Shown here: positions 29,406-40,739 of the stretch, piece by piece
Layout of the letters: each line of letters starts with the position of its first letter
Numbering within the stretch: position 1 is the stretch's first letter
Source of the DNA: Desulfovibrionaceae bacterium
GTDB taxonomy: Bacteria > Desulfobacterota > Desulfovibrionia > Desulfovibrionales > Desulfovibrionaceae
DNA: 64,000 bases
Reading direction: 5' to 3'
NCBI GenBank assembly: GCA_963665185.2
Contig: CAXXPO010000006.1
Coordinates: 14,156 to 78,155, forward strand
Made by a program: the position numbers and the translations under genes
Notes under the pieces: generated by a model
Told to the model about the DNA's origin: nothing
The model's database searches: none
Seen by the model: the letters and a program-made list of their open reading frames with translations, nothing else

Positions 29406-29960
29406 TCAGGGTACGGGCAGTTTTTCCGGGGAAATATCCTTGAGCAGCGGAGCATTGCGGTCCTTTTCGGATAACAAAAGCCCCTCCCGCAAAGGCCAAT
29501 CAATGCATATGTCCGGATCGTCCCAGAAAAAGCCTCCCTCGTGTTCTGGCATATAGTAGTCGGTACATTTGTAGACAAAGTCCGCCTCATCCGAAAGGAC
29601 CACAAAACCATGAGCAAACCCCGGAGGAACCCAAAGCTGGTAGTGGTCCACATCGTCCAAAACATGGCCTGTCCACTGTCCGAAGGAGGACGATCCGCGC
29701 CGGATGTCCACCGCCACGTCAAAAACCTTGCCCCGCGTGACCCGAACCAGTTTGCCCATGGAGTGAGGATTCTGGAAGTGCAGCCCCCTCAACGTTCCCT
29801 TGCGGGAACGGGAATGGTTGTCCTGGACAAAGGGCGTGGTAATTCCCGCGTCTTTCAAAACATTCTCGCGAAAAGTTTCCAAAAAAAAACCCCGCACATC
29901 CCCAAACACTTTGGGTTTGAGCAGGAGCACCCCTTCCAGGGTCGTTTCTCTAATATTCAT
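29406..29960 (-). CDS. rfbC: dTDP-4-dehydrorhamnose 3,5-epimerase
   Basis: [48 protein letters not shown]. The start at 29960 overlaps the rfbA stop. Confidence 0.92.
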   Translation of the reverse strand: MNIRETTLEGVLLLKPKVFGDVRGFFLETFRENVLKDAGITTPFVQDNHSRSRKGTLRGLHFQNPHSMGKLVRVTRGKVFDVAVDIRRGSSSFGQWTGHVLDDVDHYQLWVPPGFAHGFVVLSDEADFVYKCTDYYMPEHEGGFFWDDPDICIDWPLREGLLLSEKDRNAPLLKDISPEKLPVP

Positions 29961-30855
29961 AACCCCTCGGATTCTGCCTGGAGATAAGGTCCAAAAGGTA
30001 TTGACCATATCCTGTTTTTGCCAATGGTTCTGCCAATTTTCTTACCTGGTCGGAGGTAATATATCCCATGTTGTAGGCAATCTCCTCCAGGCAGGCTATC
30101 TTGAGTCCCTGCCTGGACTCCACTGTCTGCACGAAATTGCCGGCAGCCAAAAGTGAGTCATGAGTTCCCGTGTCCAGCCAGGCCACTCCCCGACCAAGCA
30201 GCTCCACGCGCAGCTTTCCCCGCGCCAGATAGGCTTTGTTCACATCGGTGATTTCCAGCTCCCCGCGAGGCGAAGGCTGAAGAGATTCGGCAATGGCGAC
30301 GACTTCCGGCGAATAGAAGTACAGTCCGGTCACAGCAAAGTTCGACTTGGGCTGAGTCGGCTTCTCTTCAATGTCGACAACCTTGTGATCTGCATCAAAG
30401 GCCACCACTCCGTACCGTTCAGGGTCCCGCACATGGTATCCGAATATACTGGCTCCGTCGCCTGTATTCTCAACGGCGCTACGCAACGTCTCCTGAAGAA
30501 GGTTGCCGAAAAAGATGTTGTCGCCCAGAATAAGACAAACCGAGGAATCGCCGATGAACTCCTTGCCGATGACAAAGGCCTGGGCAATTCCTTCGGGATT
30601 GGGCTGCTCAGCATAACTGATATGCAGCCCCAGATCCCGGCCGGTTCCGAGCAATTGCTCGAAACGCGGCAGATCCTGCGGCGTTGAGATCAGAAGAATA
30701 TCCCGGATTCCTGCCATCATGAGCACTGAAAGCGGGTAATAAATCATGGGCTTGTCGTAAATGGGCATAAGCTGTTTGCTTGTGGCCCGCGTTACTGGGA
30801 ACAGTCGGGTTCCCGATCCACCGGCCAATATGATGCCTTTCCATTGTTCAGCCAC
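29950..30855 (-). CDS. rfbA: glucose-1-phosphate thymidylyltransferase
   Basis: [38 protein letters not shown] start behind AAGGAG. Confidence 0.93.
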   Translation of the reverse strand: MAEQWKGIILAGGSGTRLFPVTRATSKQLMPIYDKPMIYYPLSVLMMAGIRDILLISTPQDLPRFEQLLGTGRDLGLHISYAEQPNPEGIAQAFVIGKEFIGDSSVCLILGDNIFFGNLLQETLRSAVENTGDGASIFGYHVRDPERYGVVAFDADHKVVDIEEKPTQPKSNFAVTGLYFYSPEVVAIAESLQPSPRGELEITDVNKAYLARGKLRVELLGRGVAWLDTGTHDSLLAAGNFVQTVESRQGLKIACLEEIAYNMGYITSDQVRKLAEPLAKTGYGQYLLDLISRQNPRGYEY

Positions 30856-31151
30856 GATCAGTTCTCCTTGCAGGTCGTTGGTCTCATGCGCTCAGGCGAA
30901 GCAGCCAGTGCTGCATTACCAGTTTCGGCAACCACGCAGTCTGCCTCCATTCGCAGTTGATTTCAAGAGAAAGGGAGTCTCCGGCAGTTCGCACTGCCCA
31001 TGAGCTCCTGCTATACACCGCTTCTCCGCCCAGCCTCTTGGAAAATGCAATGCAGCAGGTTCTGCCGCTGTGCCTGGCCTGCATGCCAACAGGGGCCTTC
31101 AGGCAGTCCCAGAGAACGGCCACAGTGGTTGAACAGCCATTCAAATAACAG

Positions 31152-31179
31152 TTGACCAACACCATACCTTTGCTACAAT
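31152..31179 (+). promoter_or_regulatory. putative sigma-70 promoter
   Basis: TTGACC-N16-TACAAT, about 30 nt upstream of the small Cys-rich gene. Confidence 0.55.
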
Positions 31180-31209
31180 GGCATAATCAAAAAAATAAGG
31201 AGGCTCTCC

Positions 31210-31425
31210 ATGTCAGGATGCGCGTTGTTGGCTCAATGTATCTTTTTTAACGACAAGATGGAGTCCATGCCCAAGGCTGCGGAAATGTTGAAAAACAGAT
31301 ACTGTCGAAAAGACTTTTCCCGTTGCGCCCGTTATGTTGTGCGCTCCAAGCTGGGACCGGATAAAGTTCCTGCCGACCTGTCGCCCTCCCAGATGGACAG
31401 AGCGCAGGAACTCATCTCGAAGTAA
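31210..31425 (+). CDS. small Cys-rich conserved protein (71 aa)
   Basis: AAGGAGG RBS. MSGCALLAQCIFFNDKM...YCRKDFSRCARY has four spaced Cys. Followed by a 9-bp hairpin at 31435-31460. Confidence 0.7.
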   Translation: MSGCALLAQCIFFNDKMESMPKAAEMLKNRYCRKDFSRCARYVVRSKLGPDKVPADLSPSQMDRAQELISK

Positions 31426-31604
31426 CGCGGTTTCTCCGGGAGGAAAAACTCCCTCCCGGAAGACCTCACAGACTGACATTCAATGCTGTTCCAGATCCAG
31501 CCGACAGCCAAAAAACCTTGGCTCCTTCATCCTGGCTGTGAACGAGCATCCCCTCGCCCACAAGCTGTTTGCCCTTGCGTACGCATATGCGTATAAGCGA
31601 CGGC

Positions 31605-33254
31605 ATGACAAACGCCACTCAAAACATTGCAGATATATTCGGTTCCCTGGGGCGCTTCTGCACGCGCCACCCGCTGTTGGTTCTGGCACTGGTCTTGACC
31701 GCCCAATGCGCCTTCAGCCTGGACGCGCGCGCCTTGTGGTTTTCCGACGAGGTACGGTACGCCAACGCCTTTGAAAACCTGCTCAACGGCAACTGGCTCG
31801 TCCTGCACCTCAACGGGCAGATGTATCCGGACAAGCCGCCGGTCTACTTCTGGTTCATGTGGCTGGTGTCCCTGTTCGGAGGAGGTGCAACGCCGATCAC
31901 GTTTTTCGTATCTTCCGCACTTTCCGCGCTGCTGTACCTGTTTGCAACCCATGCATTTTCCCGCTTTATCGCACGGGAGGACAACACCACCAGCCTTTTT
32001 GCCGGGCTTTTTTTCCTGACAAACCTTTATTTCATCGGCCTGGGGCAGTATCTGCGCATGGACCTACTGTTCAGCGTTTTCATCCTGGCCAGCCAATTTT
32101 TCTTTTACTTCGGCGTCACGGATGAAAAAAACAACTACTGCGCGGTGCTGGCCTTTGTACTGGCCGGCATCGCCACACTGACCAAAGGCCCATTGGGCGC
32201 GCTTTTCCCCCTGATCAGCATAATCGCCTTCCTCATCTGGAAAGGCGACCTCCGCCGCCTGTTCCGCAAGGACATGCTGCTGGGCCTCCTGCTCATGACG
32301 GCCATGCTCGCCGCATGGGTTGGCGGCGCGTATCTCATTGAAGGCAAAGCCTACCTGGACAACATCTTCTATAAACAAATCTACCGCCGGGCCGTAAACA
32401 CTTGGCACCACGAACAGCCTTTCTACTATTACTTCACGTCACTCCCCCTGGTCTGCCTGCCCTGGACGTTCATTGTCCTTCTGCTGCCGCTCAAGAGGCT
32501 TATGCAAACTTCATTTTGGACCAATCTGTGGGAACGACGCCGCGCCGCCCAGGGGACAAGCTACCTGTGGATCATGTTTTTATCCGGCCTGTTCATGCTC
32601 AGTCTGCTCAGCGGAAAAGTGGCTGTTTATCTGTTGCCGATCCTCGCTCCGCTGGCGATTCTGGGAGCCAAAGGTTTACGCTATCTGAACACCCGGGAAA
32701 AAACAAAACTCCCCTGGCTGTGGATCTTTCTGGCAGGTTTTTCCTTTATCATGATTCTGGCCGCGCCATTCTTTGAAATATTCTGCCCCTGGCCGGTGAC
32801 TGTGGCCGGGTTGGGGTTCGTGACCCTGATCATGGGAGGAACCGGCGCAGCCCTTCTTGCCCTGCGCAGACAGGGGGCAGGCCCGGGCCTGGCTGTCTTT
32901 GTCCTGGGCATCACCCTGATGTTGCAACCCCTGAAACTGATGACCATGCCCAGCATTGATGCCGGAATGAGTCCAAAGGCCATGGCCATGGAAATACGCG
33001 ATTACGTCGAACAGGGATATTCCCCCGCAGCCTTTGATATCTATTCCGGAATTTTCACGTATTACGCTGGCCGGGATATTCTTGAATCCGACTACTACGA
33101 AGATATGGCCAAAAACTTTGCCGACCATCCGGGCAAAGCCGTGGCTGTATTCAAGGAAAAGGACTGGAATCGCTGGCAGGAAAAGCCGGAAGGGTTGAAG
33201 ATCGTTTTCCGCCAATGGATTGTGGACAGGCCCTACGTTCTGGTGTCCAACTGA
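31605..33254 (+). CDS. GT-C fold glycosyltransferase (ArnT/PMT_2, family 39-like)
   Basis: Polytopic membrane protein. The YPDKPPVYFW motif in the first loop is typical of ArnT-like enzymes. The start is uncertain (31569, 31587 or 31605). Confidence 0.8.
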   Translation: MTNATQNIADIFGSLGRFCTRHPLLVLALVLTAQCAFSLDARALWFSDEVRYANAFENLLNGNWLVLHLNGQMYPDKPPVYFWFMWLVSLFGGGATPITFFVSSALSALLYLFATHAFSRFIAREDNTTSLFAGLFFLTNLYFIGLGQYLRMDLLFSVFILASQFFFYFGVTDEKNNYCAVLAFVLAGIATLTKGPLGALFPLISIIAFLIWKGDLRRLFRKDMLLGLLLMTAMLAAWVGGAYLIEGKAYLDNIFYKQIYRRAVNTWHHEQPFYYYFTSLPLVCLPWTFIVLLLPLKRLMQTSFWTNLWERRRAAQGTSYLWIMFLSGLFMLSLLSGKVAVYLLPILAPLAILGAKGLRYLNTREKTKLPWLWIFLAGFSFIMILAAPFFEIFCPWPVTVAGLGFVTLIMGGTGAALLALRRQGAGPGLAVFVLGITLMLQPLKLMTMPSIDAGMSPKAMAMEIRDYVEQGYSPAAFDIYSGIFTYYAGRDILESDYYEDMAKNFADHPGKAVAVFKEKDWNRWQEKPEGLKIVFRQWIVDRPYVLVSN

Positions 33255-33482
33255 TACGCCGCCCTGCCCCAGAGGCAATCCGACGGACATAGCACTGTCG
33301 CACGCAGGCCCCGGCTTGGCTGGGAATCAAAAAAGCCGGGCATCATGTGCTTTGTCCTGGCAGGAAAGCCGTGCTTTTCCGTTCGGCAACGCAGCACTCG
33401 ACGATGTATGGCGGCCCCCTCCCCATGTCTCCATATCGTTTTCACAGAAAAGAATCCGGCCTGCAAATCAACGGGTGCGGCA

Positions 33483-35357
33483 CTAGACCGCATGTAGCGA
33501 AAACGTGATTTTAACTGTAAAGCCTTCAGAGTCGTAATACCATTCCACCTCGCCGCCAAGCTGGGCCGTAAGATTGACCACAAGCTGCAATCCAAGTCCG
33601 CCGACATCATGAATGTCTTTGTCTTTGGGCAATCCTTTTCCATTATCGCTGATACTTATAACCACGTTGTCGCCTACGCGTTTGAGAGTGACGTTCACCC
33701 TCCCCTTGGAATCCAGGTCGGAAAACCCATGTTTAAGGACGTTGGTCAGAAGCTCGTTCAAAATCAGTCCACAAGGAACAGCCTTGTACAAAGGCAGCTC
33801 CAAAGGTCCGCCTTCCACCTCCAATGCGACACTCGGCCTGTTTCCCATGGAACGGCAAAGCCCTGCCCACAGATTCGTCACGTACAGACGAATGTCTATG
33901 CTGCCCAGATTGTTGGAATGATACAGTTGCTCATGAACCTGTGACATCGACATGACCCGCTGGCTGCTGTCTCGAAGCACCTGCAAAGCCGCTGGATCGG
34001 CGATTTTTCCAACTTGCAGATGCAGCAGACTGGAGACGATTTGCAGGTTGTTCTTGACCCGGTGATGGATTTCCTTGAGCAGGGTATCCTTTTCCACCAG
34101 CGACCTCTTGAGTTCGGCTTCAGCCTCGGCCACCCGCTCGACCATGGAGTTCAGAGCCCGGGCCAGGGAACGGAACTCATCATACTTCAGAGGTGCGAGG
34201 TCCATGGGGGCGATGTCATATTGTACGCTTTCCAGAAAGTTGTTGAAAAGACCGAGTTCATGTCCCAGGCTTTTTGCGAACCGACGGCTCAACCACAAGG
34301 AAATCCCCAAAACCAATGTACTCAATGCAAAAAAATACCCGAATTTCAACAAAAGCATCTGCCGGGCCTGGCGCTTGTTTTCCGCAAAACGTTCCTGCAC
34401 GGAAACAGGATGGATGCTTGCCCCGATATACCATTTCCAGCTATCCACCCCCTGCACATAACTTATTTCCAGATTCCTTCCCCCGTCATGTTCCGGTGTC
34501 TGGTAGGAAACGAACCCTCCCCCTTGCCGGGCTGTTGCAATGAGTTGCCGCACAATATAACGGCCGTCACGGTCCTGTTGGTCCAGTGTCGATGATCCTT
34601 TCTGCGGTCCTAGCAGGGAGATTCCGTCATAGGTTCCCGCAAAAATGTACCCCGTGTCTCCATAAGTAATCGATTCCAGATATTCCAGGACCTTGCGCTT
34701 GGAAGCCTTTTCCCTGTCATCGAGGTATTCCCCCGCCCCGAGGACCCAGTCAAACGGGGCGAAATATTTCACATATGAAAGCTTGCGAAATGTTTCGCCT
34801 GGATGGTTTAGCTTGGGCCAAAGATATTCCAGGTATCCCTCTTTCCGATTCCGGACCAGATCGAGCATTTCCACCACAATATTCCGGCCCTCGGCATTGA
34901 TTGTTCCGAGATCGTGATGTCCCTCGATGGACGGATTGAGCGGGTTCAGGTCTATAAACCCTTCCATTGTAAAAGCGAAATAGTACCCGCGGCCTCCCAT
35001 GAAACGGATAGGACGCAGTGCCTCGGCAGCTATTTTTTTGAGCTCATCCGTATTTTTTGTTTCACGGTACTTGGAATAGATGTTCCACAAAATATTGTTC
35101 GCCTCGTCCACGTGGCGTCGCAATTCATCCTTCAAACCATCAATGGTGCGACTGTTTTCCAACGTGACGAAACTTACGGCGCTTTGGGTTTCCGCCTTGA
35201 CAAGATCCCTGTATGTCGTCAGCAGATTCCCCTGAAATCCCTGAATACTGGCGGTAAAACTACGGTAATCCATATAGGCCATCAAAAGGAACAACACAGC
35301 CAAGGAAACTATTATAAGGCTCACAAATCTGACAAACAGTCTCTTGGATAAACTCAT
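33483..35357 (-). CDS. sensor histidine kinase with periplasmic Cache-type domain and HisKA_2/HWE-type core
   Basis: Two transmembrane segments flank a ~300-aa sensor region. EIHHRVKNNLQIVSSLL is the H-box. An HATPase region (GLGLQLV) is present. No adjacent response regulator. Confidence 0.85.
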   Translation of the reverse strand: MSLSKRLFVRFVSLIIVSLAVLFLLMAYMDYRSFTASIQGFQGNLLTTYRDLVKAETQSAVSFVTLENSRTIDGLKDELRRHVDEANNILWNIYSKYRETKNTDELKKIAAEALRPIRFMGGRGYYFAFTMEGFIDLNPLNPSIEGHHDLGTINAEGRNIVVEMLDLVRNRKEGYLEYLWPKLNHPGETFRKLSYVKYFAPFDWVLGAGEYLDDREKASKRKVLEYLESITYGDTGYIFAGTYDGISLLGPQKGSSTLDQQDRDGRYIVRQLIATARQGGGFVSYQTPEHDGGRNLEISYVQGVDSWKWYIGASIHPVSVQERFAENKRQARQMLLLKFGYFFALSTLVLGISLWLSRRFAKSLGHELGLFNNFLESVQYDIAPMDLAPLKYDEFRSLARALNSMVERVAEAEAELKRSLVEKDTLLKEIHHRVKNNLQIVSSLLHLQVGKIADPAALQVLRDSSQRVMSMSQVHEQLYHSNNLGSIDIRLYVTNLWAGLCRSMGNRPSVALEVEGGPLELPLYKAVPCGLILNELLTNVLKHGFSDLDSKGRVNVTLKRVGDNVVISISDNGKGLPKDKDIHDVGGLGLQLVVNLTAQLGGEVEWYYDSEGFTVKITFSLHAV

Positions 35358-35501
35358 ATGATGCTTCCAAGGAAAAGGTCATAACAATTTCACTTCACTA
35401 TTGCCTGTTCCTCGCTTTTTATAAATGATAATTCTCAGGACATATCGCAAGTCCCTTCCGGGTAGCACAGCCAGCCATCCGGTTTCGAATTAACCCGAAA
35501 C

Positions 35502-35538
35502 AAAAAAAACCGCCCACCGGAAAAATTCCGATGGACGG
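35502..35538 (-). terminator. intrinsic terminator of clpB
   Basis: On the minus-strand RNA, CCGUCCAUCGG-loop-CCGGUGGGCGG (including G-U pairs) is followed by U8. Confidence 0.75.
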
Positions 35539-35567
35539 CCGGTAAGGACTTTGCGTTCAAAATCGGA

Positions 35568-38171
35568 TCATTCCCGTCCCTGAAACACCAATTCATCCCC
35601 GTTCAGAGCCACGGTCACGGTCGTGCCGTCGGCAAGCGCGCCGGAAATGATTTCCCGAGCCAGGGGTGTTTCCACATGCGCCTGCAGAAAACGACGCAAC
35701 GGACGCGCACCGTAGACAGGGTCATAGGCAGCCGTGGCAACGAAATCCTTGGCTTCCTCGGTCATTTCCAGGCCTATCTTGCGTTCGGAAAGACGCCTGC
35801 GCAGGCCGACCAGTTGCAGATCCACGATCTTCTTCAGCTGGGCGGGAAGAAGCGGCCTGAAGAGCACGGTCTCGTCCACGCGGTTGAGGAACTCCGGCCG
35901 AAAATGCGCCCGAAGCTCGGCCATGACCTTGTCCCGCACTCCCACGCCGAATTCCCCTTCGGGCGTGATGCCTTCAAGCAGGTGCATGGATCCGATGTTC
36001 GAAGTCATGATGATGATCGTATTCTTGAAATCCACCGTCCTGCCCTTGGCGTCGGTAAGGCGCCCGTCGTCCAGGATTTGCAGAAGCGTGTTGAACACGT
36101 CGGGGTGCGCCTTTTCTACTTCGTCGAAAAGCACCACACTATAGGGTTTGCGGCGCACGGCCTCGGTAAGCTGGCCGCCCTCGTCGTAGCCCACGTATCC
36201 CGGAGGCGCTCCGATGAGCCGCGCCACGGTATGCTTTTCCATGTATTCGCTCATGTCCAGACGAATCATGTTTTCTTCCGAATCGAACAGGGCCTTGGCC
36301 AGGGTCTTGCACAGCTCGGTTTTTCCCACGCCCGTGGGACCAAGAAAAATGAAGGACCCTATGGGACGTGCCGGGTCCTTGAGCCCGGCGCGGGCACGTA
36401 GCACGGCATCGGACACGGCCACCACGGCCTCATCCTGACCGACAACACGTTCATGCAGCTCGTCGCCCAGACGCAACAGTTTTTCACGTTCGCCCTCCAC
36501 CAGTTTGGATACCGGAATGCGGGTCCAACGGGCAATAATCTCGGCGATATCCTCGGGGCGCACTTCTTCCTTGAGCATACGCTTGCCCGAAGCCTGTTCC
36601 TGACTCTCGAAAGCGGCCAGCCGCTTTTCCAGTTCATGCAGGGTGGAGTATCGAAGCTCTGCGGCCTTGTTGTAATCCAGGGCGCGTTCCGCCTCTTCGA
36701 CCATCAACCGGGTGCGCTCAATATCCTCCTTGAGACGTCGTTCACCTTCAATGGAGCCTTTTTCCTTCTCCCATTGATTCATGAGAACGACCTGCTCGTC
36801 CTTAAGGTCGGCCAGTTCCTTTTCCAGCTTTCCCAGCCGGTCCTTGGAACCTGCGTCGGTCTCTTTGCGCAAGGCCTCCCGCTCGATTTCCAATTGCAGC
36901 ACCTTGCGGTTGATGCCGTCCAGTTCCGTGGGCATGGAGTCGATCTCCGTACGGATCATGGCTGCGGCTTCATCAATCAGGTCGATGGCCTTGTCCGGAA
37001 GCTGCCGGTCGGTGATGTAACGGTGCGAGAGCACTGCCGCCTCCACCAACGCACCATCGGCGATGCGCACTCCGTGGTGCACTTCGAATCGATCCTTGAG
37101 GCCGCGCAAAATGGAGATGGTATCCTCCACGCTCGGCTCTTCCACCATGATCGGCTGGAAACGACGCTCCAGGGCCGGATCCTTCTCGATATTCTTGCGG
37201 TACTCGTCAATGGTGGTCGCGCCGATGCAGTGCAATTCGCCCCGCGCCAACATGGGCTTGAGCAGGTTGCCCGCGTCCATGGCTCCTTCGGCCTTGCCCG
37301 CACCGACAATTGTATGAATCTCGTCGATGAACAGCAGGATGCGGCCATCCGAATTCTGCACGTCCTTGAGCACGGCCTTGAGCCGTTCCTCAAACTCGCC
37401 GCGGTACTTGGCTCCGGCAATAAGCGCCCCCATGTCCAGGGAAAAGACACTCTTGTCCTTGAGTCCCTCGGGAACATCCTGCTTGAGGATACGCTGGGCC
37501 AGCCCCTCCACGATGGCGGTCTTGCCCACGCCCGCCTCGCCGATGAGCACGGGATTGTTCTTGGTGCGGCGCGACAGGATGCGGATGCAGCGGCGGATTT
37601 CCGAGTCGCGCCCGATGACCGGATCGAGCCGTCCCTTGCGCGCTTCCTCCACCAGATCTCGGCCGTATTTCTTGAGCGCGTCGTAGGTTTCCTCCGGGTT
37701 GGCGGAGGTCACCCGCTGCGAACCGCGCACTTCGGTCAGCACGGTCAGGACCTTGTCCTTGTCCAGATGGAACTGGCGGTTGATCCGTCCGATGCCCGTG
37801 GACGACGGTTCGTCGCACAACACCAGAAAGATATGCTCCACGCTGGTGTATTCGTCGGTCATCTTCTTGGCCATCTGCTCGGCCTTGACCAGCACTTCCT
37901 GCAAACGGGGGGTTATGTATATCTGCCCGGGCTTGGAACCCGGACCGGACACCTTGGGCAGTTTGCCCAGTTCGGCCTGCACGGCCTTGGCATATGTTTC
38001 CGGATCGAATCCGGCCTTTTCCAGCAGGCTGGACACCAGTCCGTGTTCCTGCTCCACAAGGGCCAGAAGAAGATGTTCCGCGTCTATCTGCTGATGGCCG
38101 AAACGGACCGCGATGTTTTGGGCCTCGCTGACGGCTTCCTGAGATTTCTGGGTGAATTTGTTCAAATCCAT
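35568..38171 (-). CDS. clpB: ATP-dependent chaperone ClpB
   Basis: [14 protein letters not shown]..., two AAA+ modules (GEAGVGKTA; GPTGVGKTE) and a coiled-coil middle domain. Start at ATG 38171, behind AAGGAGG. Confidence 0.96.
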   Translation of the reverse strand: MDLNKFTQKSQEAVSEAQNIAVRFGHQQIDAEHLLLALVEQEHGLVSSLLEKAGFDPETYAKAVQAELGKLPKVSGPGSKPGQIYITPRLQEVLVKAEQMAKKMTDEYTSVEHIFLVLCDEPSSTGIGRINRQFHLDKDKVLTVLTEVRGSQRVTSANPEETYDALKKYGRDLVEEARKGRLDPVIGRDSEIRRCIRILSRRTKNNPVLIGEAGVGKTAIVEGLAQRILKQDVPEGLKDKSVFSLDMGALIAGAKYRGEFEERLKAVLKDVQNSDGRILLFIDEIHTIVGAGKAEGAMDAGNLLKPMLARGELHCIGATTIDEYRKNIEKDPALERRFQPIMVEEPSVEDTISILRGLKDRFEVHHGVRIADGALVEAAVLSHRYITDRQLPDKAIDLIDEAAAMIRTEIDSMPTELDGINRKVLQLEIEREALRKETDAGSKDRLGKLEKELADLKDEQVVLMNQWEKEKGSIEGERRLKEDIERTRLMVEEAERALDYNKAAELRYSTLHELEKRLAAFESQEQASGKRMLKEEVRPEDIAEIIARWTRIPVSKLVEGEREKLLRLGDELHERVVGQDEAVVAVSDAVLRARAGLKDPARPIGSFIFLGPTGVGKTELCKTLAKALFDSEENMIRLDMSEYMEKHTVARLIGAPPGYVGYDEGGQLTEAVRRKPYSVVLFDEVEKAHPDVFNTLLQILDDGRLTDAKGRTVDFKNTIIIMTSNIGSMHLLEGITPEGEFGVGVRDKVMAELRAHFRPEFLNRVDETVLFRPLLPAQLKKIVDLQLVGLRRRLSERKIGLEMTEEAKDFVATAAYDPVYGARPLRRFLQAHVETPLAREIISGALADGTTVTVALNGDELVFQGRE

Positions 38172-38205
38172 ATATGAGCCTCCTTGAAAAAAATTCCGCG
38201 TGAAA

Positions 38206-38511
38206 TCAGCGTTGCCTGAGTTCGTCCACCTGCTGTTCCAGGCGTTCGATGCGCTCCAGAAGGTCAACGATGATGCTTCCTCCCACCGTGGTAACTTCCA
38301 GGTCGGAACAGATGCGATGCAGTTTTTTCATCCGGTACACGTCTTCCAGCCGGAAAAGGTATTCTTCCTCGTTGGTCTTGGCTGGCTCAATCCAGCCGAT
38401 TTCCAGAATTTCCAACACCTGGGCCTTTCCCATCCCCGTGATTTCTATCATCTGGCTCCAGGAAAGCAGTTTGGAACGGGTGGGCAGGGTTTCGCTTCGC
38501 TTCAAAAACAT
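38206..38511 (-). CDS. cbpM: MerR-like chaperone modulator (CbpM-type)
   Basis: 101 aa. HTH-like N-terminus and a C-terminus [24 protein letters not shown] resembling CbpM. Sits between cbpA and clpB. Confidence 0.7.
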   Translation of the reverse strand: MFLKRSETLPTRSKLLSWSQMIEITGMGKAQVLEILEIGWIEPAKTNEEEYLFRLEDVYRMKKLHRICSDLEVTTVGGSIIVDLLERIERLEQQVDELRQR

Positions 38512-38523
38512 CGGGCTGCCTCC

Positions 38524-39519
38524 TTAAAACGTCCGGGGATTGAAAGCCGAGGCTTGAGCCAATTTGGACCACAGTTCCCTGACCTCGTCGGTCTCGGCCT
38601 TGGGAACCCTGACCATCATGCGGATAAACAGGTCGCCCTGCTTTGCTCCGCAGCCCAATCCCTTTCCGCGCAAGCGCAATTTCTGACCACTGCACACTCC
38701 CGCAGGCACATTGAGGTCCACTGTGCCATCCAGGGTGGGAACCCGAACCGTGGCTCCGGTGGCCGCTTCCCACGGAGCCAGAGGCAGATCGACCACCACA
38801 TTGGAGTCTTCCACCTTGAAACGGCTGTGCGGGAGCAGATTGACCTTGAGATACAAATCTCCTGCACTGCCGCCGCCGAACCCCGGAGAACCCTGGCCTG
38901 CCAGCCGGATACGCTGTCCCGCCTTGATCCCCTTGGGAATCTTCACGCTCAAGGTCCTGGTTCCGCCGCCGGCCTCGGAAAGACTCAGGGACTTGGTTCC
39001 GCCCTGGTAGGCTTCTTCCAGGGTAAGATCGAGCTTGGCTTCCACATCCTGCCCCCTGCTCTGTCCGCCTCCGGTGAATCCCGTGCCGCCGGCGAATCCG
39101 GCCCGGCCGAACATGTCTTCAAAACCGCCCGCCCCAGGACGTCCCTGGCGTGCTCCGGCTCCGCCGCCACCGAAAATGAACTCGAAAAAGTCGCTGAATC
39201 CGCCAGGGTCACCGCCAAATCCCCCCCCCGACGTATTGAAATTGAAATTCGCGTGCCCGTATCCCGGAGGCGGCTGAAAATCCTGCCCCGCCTGCCAGTT
39301 ATGGCCCAGCGAATCATACATTTTGCGCTTTTCAGGGTCTTTGAGCACTTCGTAGGCCTCGTTGGCCTCTTTGAATTTATCTTCGGCCGTTGCATCACCG
39401 GGATTGAGGTCGGGGTGGTACTTTCGGGCCAACTTCTTGAAAGCCTTGGATATCTCCTCTTGGGACGCGCCGCGCTTGACTCCGAGAAGGTCGTAGTAAT
39501 CCTTGTATTTAACACTCAT
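38524..39519 (-). CDS. cbpA: DnaJ-class co-chaperone lacking the zinc finger (CbpA-type)
   Basis: KDYYDLLGVKRGASQEEISKAFKKLARKYHPDLNP, a G/F-rich region and the two C-terminal beta domains. No CxxCxGxG repeats. Confidence 0.88.
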   Translation of the reverse strand: MSVKYKDYYDLLGVKRGASQEEISKAFKKLARKYHPDLNPGDATAEDKFKEANEAYEVLKDPEKRKMYDSLGHNWQAGQDFQPPPGYGHANFNFNTSGGGFGGDPGGFSDFFEFIFGGGGAGARQGRPGAGGFEDMFGRAGFAGGTGFTGGGQSRGQDVEAKLDLTLEEAYQGGTKSLSLSEAGGGTRTLSVKIPKGIKAGQRIRLAGQGSPGFGGGSAGDLYLKVNLLPHSRFKVEDSNVVVDLPLAPWEAATGATVRVPTLDGTVDLNVPAGVCSGQKLRLRGKGLGCGAKQGDLFIRMMVRVPKAETDEVRELWSKLAQASAFNPRTF

Positions 39520-39586
39520 ATGTTCTAGCACTCCCCATCACGGCTATGTAATTCTGCGTTTGCACTCTTTCGTGGCAAACGATAGG

Positions 39587-39614
39587 TAAATAATTCGCAT
39601 TCACCTTTTGTCAA
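39587..39614 (-). promoter_or_regulatory. putative sigma-70 promoter of cbpA-cbpM-clpB
   Basis: Minus strand reads TTGACA-N16-TATTTA. A GTTTGC-N11-GCAAAC inverted repeat (39558-39580) follows in the leader. Confidence 0.45.
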
Positions 39615-39626
39615 CAATCTGACACT

Positions 39627-40739
39627 ATGAAAACATCAAGTCTCCCGGTTCTGATGTACCACTATATTTCCACATGGGAAAATCCCATTTCCGTGCACCC
39701 GGATATTTTCGAGGCGCACCTGCAAACCTTTACCCGCAAAGGGTACAGGGGGATAGGTCTTGACGATGCCCAGGCCTACCTGCGCGACGGCATCACCCCG
39801 CCCGGACTGGCGGCCCATGAACGCCCCGCCCTGATCACATTTGACGACGGCTTCCTGGACAACTACGTCCATGCATGGCCCCTGCTCAAAAAGCACGGGC
39901 ACAAGGGCATCATCTTTGCCGTTACCGGAAAACTCGAATCCGGAGAACCACGCCCGACCATGGACGACGTGTGGAGCGGCGACATCGCACGCACCGACCT
40001 GCCCCGCGTGGACGCGCCCATACTTCAGGACAGCCTGGGCTACGAACGACGCGAGGACCACTTCCTGAACTGGCAGGAAGTCCGGCGCATGGAAGAATCC
40101 GGCATCATCAGCGTACAGGCGCACTCACACAATCACGCGTCGGTATTTCTTTCCAACGACTACGACGGATTCTACGCTCCCGGCCCCCGCAGCCGCACCT
40201 TCGACCGAATCCAAAATAATGTCCCCTGGGGCATGCCATGCTTCAAGGAAGGCCCTGCCCTGGCCAACCGGGCATTCATCCCGTCCGAGGATTTCCTGCA
40301 ATTGCTCAGCTGGGAGCTGCCGAAGAACAAGGCCGACTGCGATGCCTACCTCAAGGATCAGGTCAAGGTGAAACGTTTGGAAAAGGTTCTGCACTCCATG
40401 CCGCTTGCCAAGTGGGGGCGCATGGAAGAGCCGGAAGAATTCCGCCAGCGTATCCGGTTGGAACTGACCCAATGCCGGGATGCCCTTGTCCAAAACGGGG
40501 GGATCCCGTCCGCCCTGGCCTGGCCTTGGGGAAAATACTCGCCGGAAGCGCTGAAGATAGGCAAGGAGCTTGGATTCGAGCTGTTCTTCGCCACCTCCAT
40601 GGGTGCCAACCCGCCAGGTGCGACGGATCACATCCACCGTTTCAAGGCCAAACCCAAGCCGCCGACCTGGATGGCCCAGCGCCTGGACATCTACTCCAGA
40701 GCATGGCTGGCGCGGCTGTACGCCAAGGTTCGCATATAA
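39627..40739 (+). CDS. polysaccharide deacetylase family protein
   Basis: PVLMYHYI..., LITFDDGFLDNY, HSHNH are NodB-type motifs. Confidence 0.85.
   Translation: MKTSSLPVLMYHYISTWENPISVHPDIFEAHLQTFTRKGYRGIGLDDAQAYLRDGITPPGLAAHERPALITFDDGFLDNYVHAWPLLKKHGHKGIIFAVTGKLESGEPRPTMDDVWSGDIARTDLPRVDAPILQDSLGYERREDHFLNWQEVRRMEESGIISVQAHSHNHASVFLSNDYDGFYAPGPRSRTFDRIQNNVPWGMPCFKEGPALANRAFIPSEDFLQLLSWELPKNKADCDAYLKDQVKVKRLEKVLHSMPLAKWGRMEEPEEFRQRIRLELTQCRDALVQNGGIPSALAWPWGKYSPEALKIGKELGFELFFATSMGANPPGATDHIHRFKAKPKPPTWMAQRLDIYSRAWLARLYAKVRI

Noticed and set aside
39558-39580. Minus-strand TGCCACGAAAGAGTGCA upstream of cbpA as a sigma-54 promoter
   Set aside because: It has GC instead of the invariant GG, and the -12 GC is one base out of register. 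It is better described as an inverted repeat in the leader.
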